64,000 nucleotides of DNA from Batkoa obscura (lineage: Eukaryota), in contig JASVEC010000025.1 of the NCBI GenBank assembly GCA_030770535.1, positions 558,001-622,000 of the forward strand. Reading direction: 5' to 3'. The notes below the pieces were generated by a model. That model was not told where the DNA came from. It saw nothing but the letters and a program-made list of their open reading frames with translations, and did no database searches. Every line of letters begins with the position of its first letter. The first letter of the stretch is position 1. Made by a program: the position numbers and the translations under genes. Positions 1 to 12,249 of the stretch are shown here, piece by piece.

Positions 1-2
1 AT

Positions 3-290
3 GACTGCTACATTAAGGATGCCGCTAACAAATATGGTTCTTCTCATTTTCAAAAATTTAATATAACAAGCGAAAATAATGGTCATGGTCTCTACTTTGG
101 ATCAAACAATGACTATAGCGTTAAATTTATTGACTGTAACCCAAAGGAAACTAAAGTTCTTATCGACAATAATGATAGTTGGAAAGTATACAGACATAGA
201 TTAGATAAAGGTCAAAAACAAGAGGATGTAAGCTGCACTAGATTATGGCTTGATACTAGTAAATTTCTTGGCTATCATGACGAACTTTAA
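3..290 (+). CDS. 3' end of an unidentified protein (runs off the window start)
   Basis: Frame 3 is open from base 3 to TAA at 288-290 (DCYIKDAANKYGSSHF...LGYHDEL*), followed by an AT-rich tail with AATAAA. Confidence 0.5.
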   Translation, partial: DCYIKDAANKYGSSHFQKFNITSENNGHGLYFGSNNDYSVKFIDCNPKETKVLIDNNDSWKVYRHRLDKGQKQEDVSCTRLWLDTSKFLGYHDEL

Positions 291-767
291 CTTGATTTAA
301 TTCTTTACAAAAATAAACATAAATGATAATAATTTATTGAATTTTTATTTTTTAACATATAATGAACTTATAGAATTTGTTAATAACTAGATCAAATGCT
401 CAACTTACTTGTGGACTACAATGATTTTCATACGTTAGTTATAGGTAGCTTTTGAAAAAAGCACTTATTTTTTTGAAAGAATATTTGTTTTGAACAATAA
501 ATGCATTTTAAATTCAATATCCAAAGAAACAAACAGAGTTAAAACTTTCTTTAATATTTAATATTTAAACAGAATCTAGCAATTTTATTTAAAAAAATTC
601 GCACTTTATAAGATTTTTTAAAAAGTTAACTAATTTTCAAAATGCCCACATTAATTTACTTAATGTATAAAATTTCGAACCTAGAGCTGAAGATATCTTA
701 AATAGAACGCATATACTTTTACTGATAAAAATTTTGTTATATTGAAAGCTTAAAGTACCTTAAATAT

Positions 768-864
768 GGGGGTGTTTTTTTTGGTTTCATTATTTTACTT
801 ATTTTTTAAGCGCTATTTGAGCGGAAAGATTGTTAGTAAAATAATGAAACCAAAAAACACCCCC
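768..864. mobile_element. Sola2-family MITE, self-symmetrical variant
   Basis: GGGGGTGT...ACACCCCC with ATAT on both sides. Both ends are of the GGTTTCATTATTTTACT type. Confidence 0.8.
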
Positions 865-1280
865 ATATGCTAGATTTTTGATTGCCTTTTCATCAAAGCA
901 AACATGTTTTAAACCGCAAAAATAATTATATTCATAGAAATACAATATTCTAAATTAATGCTATATACAATGGCTACTTGGTTTTAGATACAATCAGTCC
1001 ATATATGAATATAATGTCACTATATATCTATTTTAACAAAAATTTAAAAATTAACTTCAAAGCTATCATAGATTATTATGCTGTTTTATAAACTAATATT
1101 ATATAAACCAATTATATTCAAAGAATCTATATAATAGTTAAAATTGAATAAAAATAAAATGCTAATACCAATACAACAATTTAATATAAGGAAACTTACA
1201 AAATTCCTATTGATTAAATAAAATGCAACTTTAATTACAATCAAACTGTAATTTTGAAAAAAGCCACTTCTAAAATAGTA

Positions 1281-2097
1281 TCATCCTAAAAGTATATTAT
1301 CATCCTCTTGTTTATCCTCACTGAAACTCTTATTATTGTACTCTCCGATTTCTTTTTCATACTCCTTCAACCTAAAAATTAATGAAATCAGCGTCATAAC
1401 CGCGGCTGCTCCACCAACCATCACAATAGCTTTTCTAATAGATTCCCATTTCATTGCTTCAATTTCACTTCGAATCTCAGACACTTGGATCCCAAACTTA
1501 TTATTAATCTCATGGATTTTATAATCAACCTCTTTATAAATTGCTCCCATCTCATGATTGTGACTACTTAAATCTAACTGTAAATCTACTTTTAATTGAT
1601 TGATAGCTTCCCTTTTATAATGTGCTAAAGCATCTAAGTCTCTCGAAATTTTACTTAACTCTTGTTGTGTCTGCGTATGATCTTTTGTTCGCATGATTTG
1701 TAGCTCGGTCCGTAGTTCATTCAAAGCTGCTCGAAATAGATATTCGTGCTACATTACATTAGTAATTTTACTTTCATCATGAATTAAAAATACCTTTTGT
1801 AAATCTTCTTTATTTAAGCTTTGTTTTCGAAACTCGGAATATCTAAAATTAAATTCAATGTCACTTGCTTTTGTTAAAAGTATGGTAGTACCTAGTTTGC
1901 ATCATCGAATATAAAATTTGCATTATTATTTTGGATTGTGAGCGAGTAAATGCATCTTGTTGAAGCTTTTTTACCATTGCAAATGTATCAAAAGGGTGTC
2001 TTTTATAAGTTCTCTTCGTTGTAACTGTTTTATAACATGGTTGCAATAGTGTAAGTTTTGGTAATCTGCGTGGTATTAAATTTATTAAATGGTTCAT
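1281..2097 (-). CDS. DUF1640 / CCDC90-MCUR1-FMP32-like mitochondrial coiled-coil protein (spliced)
   Basis: Basic presequence-like N-terminus, HPFDTFAMVKKLQQDAFTRSQS head motif, long coiled coil and C-terminal TM (IRSEIEAMKWESIRKAIVMVGG...). Short introns near 1750-1890. Confidence 0.8.
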
Positions 2098-2314
2098 TAA
2101 AAAAGTACGAGTTAAGAAGTAAAAAATAATTGAAATTTTGATTTTATTTTTAAGATTTTTGTTGAATAACTTGAAATTACAAATAAAATAAGAACTTCTA
2201 CTATGATAGTAAATTTCATAATAGTTCAACTACAATAAAAAAGCTATAATATCAATTACATCTAAATAACTTCTTTTTATTCTTATTGTAAACCAATATT
2301 CTTAACTCTTTTCC

Positions 2315-2974
2315 TTATTGCATATCATCCATTTTTCTTTGTTCAAGTAAAACTTTATTGAATTGCATTGGCTTAGGCACTACATCTAAGGATTTGTATA
2401 TCAGTAATAAAACAAGACGGAACAAAATTTCTTACCAGATAAAAACTCATAACGATCCTCTATTGAAACCATGGAAGCTAAAAATAAAGCAAATTAACTC
2501 TAATCTTTACATAAAAATAACAAGCTTACCGCAATCTTTATAATGTACATTAACTCTTTTCTCTCTCGCTGCAACGTTATAACAATCTGTAGAGAATGAT
2601 TGTATAAATAATTCCTTTTTAAAGAAATTAAGTAATCTCTAGATTTAAAAAATAAACTAATAATTTACTGTAGCTTTAGTAATAAGTTGATAAGCTTCTA
2701 AAGAGCCAGATTTAAATTCTTTGTCTTCTCTTATAATCTTTTTAACCCTAGCTAACGGTAATTTCAAACTATCTGATATCGTATTGGTGTCGAAAGGGTC
2801 ATAATTAACTACAGTACCTGATGACACGACAGGCTTCTTTTTTATTGTTGTTGTTAACTTTCTTTTGGATGTAACTTCACTACTTCCTTCTTCATCACTT
2901 ATTTCTATTTTCTCAGCTTGTTCAACAGGTTCATTATCGCTTATTTCGTCTATTTCATGAGGTTGTTTTGACAT
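2315..2974 (-). CDS. Histone-fold (CBFD/NF-Y) protein, DPB3/POLE4/CHRAC1-like (4 exons)
   Basis: LPLARVKKIIRED...ITKAT|ELFIQSF...YKDC|ASMVSIEDRYEFL histone-fold motif assembled across GT-AG introns. Confidence 0.8.
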
Positions 2975-3110
2975 ATTGAAGAAATAAAACGAGTTTTTTC
3001 AAGGATTTGAGTTTAATCAACAGCCAACCAATTGAATAACTTTTTTAAATTGGAATTTTGATTAAAATTTCAATCTAAACCTAATTTACTTTTTAAATTA
3101 TTTTTAAATC

Positions 3111-4162
3111 ATGACACCAGAATTAAGTATAAGTCATAAGTTATTGCTGCAAAATGTAATGTTAATGAAGACATTGAATATTGTTCAAATGAGTGAACTT
3201 TATTGTCGTTGTTTTAAACAAGGTAATCCAATTTTAATAAAAATCAATCTTAATAAAAAAGGTTATATTGCTAGAATACAATCACTCAGAAGATTACTTT
3301 GATTCAATATTATCAGTACTTCATGATATCAACGAAGCTATCTTCATAGTCGGATTTGAAATTAAAAAAGCATTAGATCCAATATCAAGGGCGCCATTCT
3401 TTTGTATAGTAAGTTTTGTTTATTTTTATTCAAATTGTCATTAATAACAAAGACTAACATAGTAGATGACGAAATAGCGCAATTGGGAAATAACTTTACC
3501 CCAGTTGAAATGAGATATTTAAAAACATTAATTCATTCAATTATTACTGCTCCTAGAAAAAAGTTTTTTATTTCTGGTATTGAAGCCTCAAAGTTAGCTT
3601 TATTACCAGATGAGGTTCAAAATAACAATAGCGAAAATAATGAAACTAATGAAGAAGTTGTACAGACAATAGATAAGTTGACAATCGCCGAAAAAGATCA
3701 TCTAATAGAAAGATTTATTAACGAAACATGGTTAGAAAAAACTAGGTAATTTACATAAATATTTTTTATTTCGGATATTAATTAAAACTGTTCATTTAGT
3801 GGAGGGTACCTTACTTTGACTATGAGAACTTTATTAGAGTTGCAGACAAATATATTGGATAATTATAAAGGCTATATAAAAAAATGTATGTTATGTAGTA
3901 CTTTAGTGATAAACGTAAGCTAGTATATTATTTAAACTAAGTTAATTAATAACAAAAATAATAGGGAGAAACTTGCAAAGATGAAGATTGTGATGGTTGG
4001 GTTCATATAGGCTGTATTGCCCATTATCATCGAGCTTCGGGGAAAAAAGGAATTGAACTTAAATGTCCTAAGTGTAAATGTAAATGGGAAGGTACAAAAG
4101 TAGGCTATTATGATTCTACACAAGCAAATCAAGTTAATTTTAATGCTGAAGCATTGTTGTAA
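3111..4162 (+). CDS. NSE1: SMC5/6 complex subunit Nse1 (spliced)
   Basis: TNIVDDEIAQLGNNFTPVEMRYLK, WLEK...LTMRTLLEL and a C-terminal RING-like C/H pattern (CMLC...C...C...H..C...CPKC). Confidence 0.85.
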
Positions 4163-6133
4163 AAATAAAGATTAGAAAAGCAGCAATAATATAAATGATA
4201 TTAAAGGTTAAAACTATTGACATTTTCTTAAAAAATGTTTCTCAATTTTAGTATAATTAATAATAGAAAGCAGCTCAGAATATGAAAAATTTCGTTTTTT
4301 ATTTGACTAAAAGTAGTTTTGTCAACTTCCAAGTGTAGCTAAACAGTCTAGGATTGTTTATTGTAGCTTCATTATCGGGGTGTCCAAATACCTTTTTTGT
4401 GCTGAGGTATGTTGTTATTGCTCACTTTAGATTGATTGTTTATAGTTGTTATATTATTGAATTTTATTTTAGCATCAAGTAATCTAAAATTATTAGCCTA
4501 TTAAGTTGATTCTTATTTATTTACTTATATAAATTATCTTCAGCTTTATGTAATAGTTATAACGATGTTAGTAATATAATATGGTGGATGTAACATTATT
4601 GATGATTCATAAGTTAACACTAATGAATAACGTTGGAAATGATTATCAATTCGGTAATTTAACCAAATATTGCTTTTTCTTGCCAACAATTTATTGAAAT
4701 TAATTTTGTATTTGTCTATAATTTAAAAAGCATATTAACGAACAGTTTACAGTCGTGTACTAGTCGTTTTTATGATCCACTCTAATATGATAGTCTAAAA
4801 TACTAGAAGTCATCCACTCGATTAAGCTGAAATTGACTTCAATCTATTAAAAATCAAGAATAAACACAGGTCAAAAAAGAACAAACGTTACTGAAGATAT
4901 GATATTGAAAATCCCTTATTTGCAGTTTTTCTAACAATATTTTGTTTCCCCTCTTATCAACATAAACTTAAATTCGAGTAATATAATTTTTATTGAAAAC
5001 ATTGAAAAACCATTTTAATTTAAAAATTTTCATTAAATCATAAAGTCTATGTCATCAAACCGTGACTCAAAAAAGTATTTACACTCTTCAAAATATTTTT
5101 TTGCAACTCATATAAATAAAAATTTCTTGACGCCAAGTTATATTCTATTAACAGTAAAAATATGGTGGGCCCCTTCTAGGATTCCCTATCAAATGGGTCT
5201 AGATCATTGGTAATACCTATGCCAGCCCAATTTATCTGGATAAGAACTTAACCAATCTGATTATTTAGTTGTTCACGATATTTTGAGTTGATTTAGCGAC
5301 GACCAAACTTGATATAAATGTTAATTGAAATAGCTTTTTGTTAGATTCTTTACATATATTGTTAGTTTCATTAAATATATGCTAGTCAATAAAATATGCT
5401 TTATAGAACAGCAGTGCACTTTATACTTTATTGAATACAGGTATAGCCGTAGAAACATGGGTTGCTTTTAGAAATAATTTTTTTATAATCTTACTTAAAT
5501 AAAAATCTTTACAGTAAACAGTCCTGTTAACGAACCAAGCTCATGGTCCTTGATCGTAAGATCTCACTAAATGGGTTTTAGGGTTCATTATTACTATCGT
5601 AGTAGACATGGTGCTGGCACGAGATCTAACTTATGAGTTGACTGTAACTCAGTGCTGTTCATGAATTAAAGTATTAGATTGGCTATGTTAATTAGTACGA
5701 ATTAGATGTAGTTTTTTTAATGTCTTTTTTGGCTGACATTAATAAGCATGGTAATAATTTACAATGTATAGAGTGAACTCCCACATAAACTGCGTTAAAC
5801 TGAAACTTTATTTATAAGTTTAAGTAAGAACAAACTTCAAAAATTTCAATTCTTTATCGAAAAATTCTTTTTCAGCTGATTTAATAAAAAACCCTTTGTA
5901 GTTTTTACAACTGATGTTAAAGAGCCTTGTTAAGGGGGTTTTAAGACTCTCAAAGCTTATCTGGCGGGCAGTACGGCAATAAAATTAAACAATTATTGAA
6001 TGTTCTTATATATATATTAATTCTAGAGAGTCGCTATTAATGGGTTATGCTTCTTTACTTCAATTATTCTTAATATAATCACTTCTTAAATATTATTGTT
6101 GGTTGTATTTATTAATATTGACTAATAAAATAA

Positions 6134-6230
6134 GAAGATGTTTTTTTTGACTTCATCACTTTTTCCATTTTTTAAGCACTATTTGAACAGAAGATTGCTA
6201 GTAAAATTCTTAAACACAGAAATACATCCC
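6134..6230 (+). mobile_element. Sola2-family MITE
   Basis: Matches the MITE consensus; 4-bp TSD ATAA/ATAA. Confidence 0.75.
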
Positions 6231-6234
6231 ATAA

Positions 6235-7574
6235 AACCTAACTAAAATTTAAAAAAATTTAATTATCTTTTATATATTTTTAAAAATTTTGTGCAAATCT
6301 GTTATATGATAGCTTAATAGCAATATTATAATATTTGTTGTTTTGAAAAGTACATAAAAAATAATAAGCTTTGACTTTTTTTAAAACTATAATTTATTTA
6401 TTTAAAATTTTGGTTAGCTTTTATAGTTTTTTCTCTCAAACATTTTAGAAAAAGGTATAATTAAGCTGAATAAAGTTGCAGCAGCTGTTATAAAAAGTCT
6501 AATTGTTTGTTACTAAGAGAGGACCACTGCCTATCAGCTTCCGAATCTAACCCCCACGGTCGAGGTTCATGTATAATTTTGACAACTAAGTAAATTTATC
6601 ATATTATTAATTATGCTAATGCAATGTTAAATTCAGATCAAATTGCTTGAAGTATAATCATAATATGATATCTAAATAATTAGTTGGCTAAATTTTACAG
6701 CTAAGTATCGGGAAACAATAATGTCAAATTAGCAACAATTTTCAATTAAACATTGTTAAATATATATATTCTACTCTTTTATGTACGGTAAAATATCTTA
6801 TTATTATGCTCATTGTGGGAATTACTTGGATAAACATTTGTTAGCAGTAAACCTGTGATTGGCTAATTAGCAAACTGTTTATTAGCTAAAGCTAATTGTG
6901 GTTGTTGGAATTTAGTTATCAAACAGTTTGCCAATTAACCAATCATAAGTTTATTACTAACAAATACTTATTCAAGTAGTTCCCACAATGAGCATAATAA
7001 TAAGATATTTTACCGTACATAAAAGAGTAGAATATATATATTTAACAATGTTTAATTGAAAATTGTTGCTAATTTGACATTATTGTTTCCCGATACTTAG
7101 CTGTAAAATTTAGCCAACTAATTATTTAGATATCATATTATGATTATACTTCAAGCAATTTGATCTGAATTTAACATTGCATTAGCATAATTAATAATAT
7201 GATAAATTTACTTAGTTGTCAAAATTATACATGAACGTCAACTGTGGGGGTTAGATTCGGAAGCTGATAGGCAGTGGTCCTCTCTTAGTAACAAACAATT
7301 AGACTTTTTATAACAGCTGCTGCAACTTTATTCAGCTTAATTATACCTTTTTCTAAAATGTTTGAGAGAAAAAACTATAAAAGCTAACCAAAATTTTAAA
7401 TAAATAAATTATAGTTTTAAAAAAAGTCAAAGCTTATTATTTTTTATGTACTTTTCAAAACAACAAATATTATAATATTGCTATTAAGCTATCATATAAC
7501 AGATTTGCATAAAATTTTTAAAGATATATAAAAAATAATTAGGTTTTGATTTTTTTAAAAATTTTAGGTTTTAT
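6235..7574. repeat. Foldback palindrome, copy 1 (~650-bp inverted arms, ~40-bp spacer)
   Basis: 6301-6360 is the exact reverse complement of 7441-7500. The arms converge on a spacer at ~6881-6920. No ORF. Confidence 0.9.
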
Positions 7575-7735
7575 AATTTTTTTGCCTTGAACATTTCAGA
7601 AAATAGTATAATTGTTTATTTAAAAATTTTATTGACAGTTTTTCCACTTAAATAGCGCTCAAAATATAGAATAAATAATGAAACCAAAAAAACATCCTCA
7701 AATAGTATAATTTGAAAAACTTATTTTAATTATAT

Positions 7736-7832
7736 GAGGTGTTTTTTTGGCTTCATCGCTTTTTCCATTTTTTAAGCGCTATTTGAGCGGAAAGATTGTT
7801 GATAAAATTGTTAAACTAGGAAATACATCCTC
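7736..7832 (+). mobile_element. Sola2-family MITE (further copies at ~7610-7699 and ~8003-8100)
   Basis: GAGGTGTTTTTTTGGCTTCATC...AATACATCC consensus match. Confidence 0.75.
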
Positions 7833-8708
7833 CTATGTATTTTACTTATTTAAAACAACTATGAAGTTTAATTTTTGAATTTATTAAAACTTTAAATATA
7901 AAATTATAAGATAATGATTTATTTTGATAATATTGTATAAGTATTTATATTGATAGTAATAAGGGATAAAACATGGATCTAATAATACCAGTTTGATAAT
8001 ATAGGAATGCATTTTTTGTTTAACAATTTTATTAACAATTTTTCCGCTCAAATAGCGTTTAAAAAATGGAAAAAGTGATGAAGCCAAAAAAAACAACCCC
8101 ATATATTAAATATATATTATAATTAATATTAAGGTCAATAATATTAAATACCACATACATTATCAATTTAAGCAATTTATGAATTAAAAAAGATTGAGAA
8201 ATAACAGAAGTATTCCAATTAACTACCATTTTGTATCAACCAATAATATTATATTGGCAGTTTTATCTAATAAAAACTTTGAAATATTACATATATATAG
8301 ATACTGTGGAAATTTGACCTATTCTATAAAAAAATGGTAAAAAACGTGCAACGTGTCAGTTTGGAATTAGCTTGTTGGCTATTGAGAAATGTTTTATTTT
8401 TACTTTGCTTTAGTTTTTTAATATGAATATAATACAAATGATAAGTGTAAATATCAATTATTTACAAAGTTAATTAATTATCAGGAAGAAATGTGTATAT
8501 GTTTATTAATAACATGACTATTCAAACTATAGTATAAGTTATTCAAGTACTATAAAGCTATAACGTTACCTTTTTATATGGTTTAAACCAGAAATAAAAG
8601 AAATAGACATTTAGTTCAATAATAGCTATAGTTGTATAAAATACTATTTAAAAATAAAACAAAAAAAGAAACAAAATATTGAGTTTCTCTTGCTATAACT
8701 TGATTTAT

Positions 8709-10725
8709 TTAATTTAATTGTAGCTCTTCTTCCTTATCCACCTCGGCTAAGATATCAACAAAGGTTCTAGCTAAATACTTTTTCAAATACAATTCTTCAC
8801 CTTTATGTTCATTAAAGCATCTTTTACGCACAAGTTTCTTTACTTCTTCTAAGTTTTTTATTACAGTACTAGTAATTTCCAAAAAATTACTGTTGCTTAA
8901 GGATTCATTTTCTTCATCAACTGAAGCTTCTACCATTTTCCAAGTATTTTGGGATGCAGCTTCCAATGTCAATGGATTGTTTTGTACTTGTGTTTCATTT
9001 TGTATCATTTGAGCTTCAGATTTGATTATTCGTTGAACCCAACGAAGTGAAGCTTCTGAAATTGGTGGTAAATTTTCAATTGAATTTTCTACCCTTTGTT
9101 TAATGCCATAAGTTGAGGGACTTAAATTGTTTTGGGCCACTGGAGATTGAGCTTCGTCCATATATTTTTTCCAATTTTCTGTAGCTTCTAAGGTTGGAGG
9201 GGTATCTTGAATAGGAGTTTCCAATGTTTTTTGAGTATATTGGGTTAAAACCTCTAAAGTTGGTGGAGTACTTTGAATTGAAGCTTCGTCCATATATTTT
9301 TGCCAGTTTTCTGTAGCTTCTAAGGTTGGAGGGGTATCTTGAATAGGAGTTTCCAATGTTTTTTGAGTATACTGGGTTAAAACCTCTAAAGTTGGTGGAA
9401 TATTTTGAATTGAAGCTTCCAATATTTGTTGGTTATTTTGAGCTAGATCTTCAATAATTTCATCAGTATTTTCAGAGGCAGCCTTTTCCATCTCCTTTTC
9501 TCTTTTTATCTTCGCCTGTAATTTATCATAATAGCGGTTCATGTTATCTTGCAACTCTTTCTTTTTAAGCTCCTGCTCCTTATTATAATAAAAGATGGGT
9601 TGATTTGGACTTGAAGGTATACGTTCATACACAAAAGGCCAAGTCATAGATTCAACTGGCGTAACTATGGGGCTAACTACCATATTTCGTCTCCTTTCTT
9701 CATCAGCCTCCCGAGCCTCCCGAGCCTCCTGAGCCTCATAAATTGCCCTTTTTTTATGCGATTCTTTAAAGTAAAATTCGATGTTATCAATAAAGTCTTG
9801 CACTTCTGGTGGTAACTTAACTATTTCAGTTATCCCTTTTTCTTCTTCACCTGGTTCTTCTACCACTTTATTTGAATTAGCGTGACTTTGATTTTGGTTT
9901 TGACTTCCTTTATTTGACGATGATGCTTCTAAACCAATATTTTGATTTATAGTAGTTGCATTGTTTAATTGACTATTTTCGGAGAAAATTTTAGTGGGTG
10001 GAGATTTTGATATTCCTTCCTCATTCAAATACCCTAAAGATGGAGCATTACAATCAGGTTCAATAGTATTTCGATACTGAATCTCATCCAAATACTTAGC
10101 CTGTTCATTAATAGTTTTATCGCCTATTAAATGTCAATATAATTTCATTTTAAACATATCACAATTTACCTTCAACATTATTATTGGCCTCAGAAACCTC
10201 CTGATTTAAACTTGCTTTTACTGAACAATTAGTTGTCTTACAACTTACAAATTGATGAGGTGATTTGGTAGTAATGGAAGATTTATGATTAGTACAGATA
10301 GTATCCTCTGAGTTTGTAAGTTGTGGAGATAGTGTTTTATTTATGATTACGTCATAGTTTCCATAAAAATGAACATGAGCTAAAACACTAGGGTGATTTA
10401 TATCCCTCTATGAATAGTTTAGTTCTGTAATTTAAATAAACTTAATAAAAATATACAGTTTCAGCTACTTTATATAGCCATTCTACATTTACAATCGTCT
10501 TTCCCGATTCAATAGCAGAATCGTAAACAGGGCCAGAAAACTTATGACAAATCAAGTGTGTAACCTGGCTTGAAAATACATCAGTAACTTCACTTTCTAC
10601 ATAATGTTAGTATTATAACTAATATAATCAAATTAAATTGCCTAAGGACAATATAGTTTTATATAGCATCCTTTCATCACTTTGGTTGAACCCATTAAGA
10701 TAAAATAAATAACCTTTAAATTTTG
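8709..10725 (-). CDS. BRCT-domain protein with low-complexity region and 22-aa tandem repeats (multi-exon, 5' end uncertain)
   Basis: Upstream exons read PKFKGYLFYLNGFNQSDERMLYKTILSL|ESEVTDVFSSQVTHLICHKFSGPVYDSAIESGKTIVNVEWLYKV. They splice in phase (introns 10597-10641, 10408-10456, 10124-10169) to the 460-aa ORF. Confidence 0.7.
9150..9420 (-). repeat. Coding tandem repeat, 132-bp (44-aa) unit x2, built from 22-aa subunits
   Basis: EASIQxxPPTLEVLTQYTQKTLETPIQDTPPTLEATENWxKYMD occurs twice, with degenerate copies downstream. Confidence 0.9.
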
Positions 10726-10962
10726 GTCTTGATTAGTAGATATATACAAAAGTATTTATAACAATTCAATACTTTTAACTCTTTCTTCAAACATAAAAAT
10801 GTCAATTAAACAAAAATAAAATGTTTTATTAACTATTGTATCATAGTTTAATTTCACAATCTACTTTCTAAAATCAATGAATTAATTGATTGGCTTAAGC
10901 TTATAATGTAAATATTAATCAAGTGGGGATCTTAATAAGGGAGAGAGGTATTTCAAGTATTC

Positions 10963-11061
10963 GGGGATGTATTTTTGTGTTTAAGAATTTCACTAACAAT
11001 CTTTCCACTAAAATAACGCTTAAAAAATGGAAAAAATAATGAAACCAAAAAAAACACCCTC
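10963..11061 (-). mobile_element. Sola2-family MITE
   Basis: Consensus match; TSD ATTC/ATTC. Confidence 0.8.
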
Positions 11062-11797
11062 ATTCTTGCATAAAATATAACAACTAAATAACAAGAATAC
11101 TTATCAAGAAAATTCTACTAATAAAAAACAAAGCTACAAAGTAAGATTGCCCAACACATATATAGTATTACACAATTTATAATATTTTAAAGACTTCATA
11201 ATCATCTTAAAAGCCTGAAATATTAGTTTTAAAAATTCAAATTTCATAAAACTTTATCGTTATAGCCCAATTATAGTCAGATCTAATTATGGTTCTAACA
11301 GTAGTTAATGGTAAGTAATTGAAATATAAATACTTTTTTCTTTTGTTTGTTTGAAAATTATATTATCAATTCACTAGCTAAAATTCAATCAAATTTTTTA
11401 GCTCAAATAGTAATCAAATCAATTTATAATTTTAGTGGCATAAAAACCTATATACAAAATTTTATAATATAAAAAAACATCAAGTGGATAAAAATCATTA
11501 AAACAAGTATAGTTATAATGATTTAACTATTGGTTTGTTTATTTCTAAAGAGTTGTGTAAAAAAAGTAATAAAAGTAATAAAACTAAGATTAATTAAAAA
11601 ATGTTTTAGATTTCAAAATGATTATTGGGGGATGTCCGAATTGGTTTCAGAACTTAATTAGAAACTAATCTAAATTTTAAGCTTTTAGATTTGTAAGTCT
11701 TTATGTATGATTAGCTGAATTTGAAGCTTTTCAATTAAATATAAAAATTTAACTTAAAAGACTTATTTTATTTATTTTATTTTGTTAATTATATGTT

Positions 11798-12158
11798 TGT
11801 GGAAGTTGGTACTCAGTGGTTGGAGTTAAAAGCAGTTCTTGCTTAATTAACTGGCCGTAAGTCAAAAGGCCTTAGTTTATGTAGCTAAGATAGACTTAAA
11901 TCAATAGGAGTAATACGCAATAAGCTACGAGCTATGTAAAATAAATAGAATACAGGATACTACTGTAAAATCTACATAAGATATTGTCAGGAAGACTTAG
12001 TGGCTTTATTAATAGTACGATATCAGGGAGTAATTCAATTTAAAAGCCTCAAGTTAGTATGTTGAAGAATCTCTTTTATACTCCAACTAGTTTTGTAAAC
12101 AAGCTAAATGATTATTATACTATAATCAATCATAGAGCTGATGAAACAATATTTCACA
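11798..12158 (-). mobile_element. Solo-LTR-like element nested in S1
   Basis: TGTGGAAG...TTTCACA termini; homologous to other copies in the window. Confidence 0.7.
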
Positions 12159-12249
12159 GTGTTTTGTATTTTTTATTAAATGTTTAATAGATATGTAATA
12201 TATAATTATATAATCATTTGACTTTGTTTTTTATTAAAATAAAAACAAA

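Noticed and set aside
1336..1524. Antisense ORFs over real genes (also 13380, 15809, 21660, 28173, 43535, 53176, 60881)
   Set aside because: Shadow frames opposite well-supported coding sequences.
5150..5700. Slightly GC-richer stretch with exon-like fragments (KIWWAPSRIPYQMG, SSALYTLLNTGIAVETW)
   Set aside because: Multiple stops and no recognisable family. It may be a pseudogene but I cannot support a call.
7884..8102. Short ORFs with FFLASSLFPFFKRY / MMKPKK sequences (also 15546, 33399, 50552, 50749)
   Set aside because: They are translations of the MITE, not genes.
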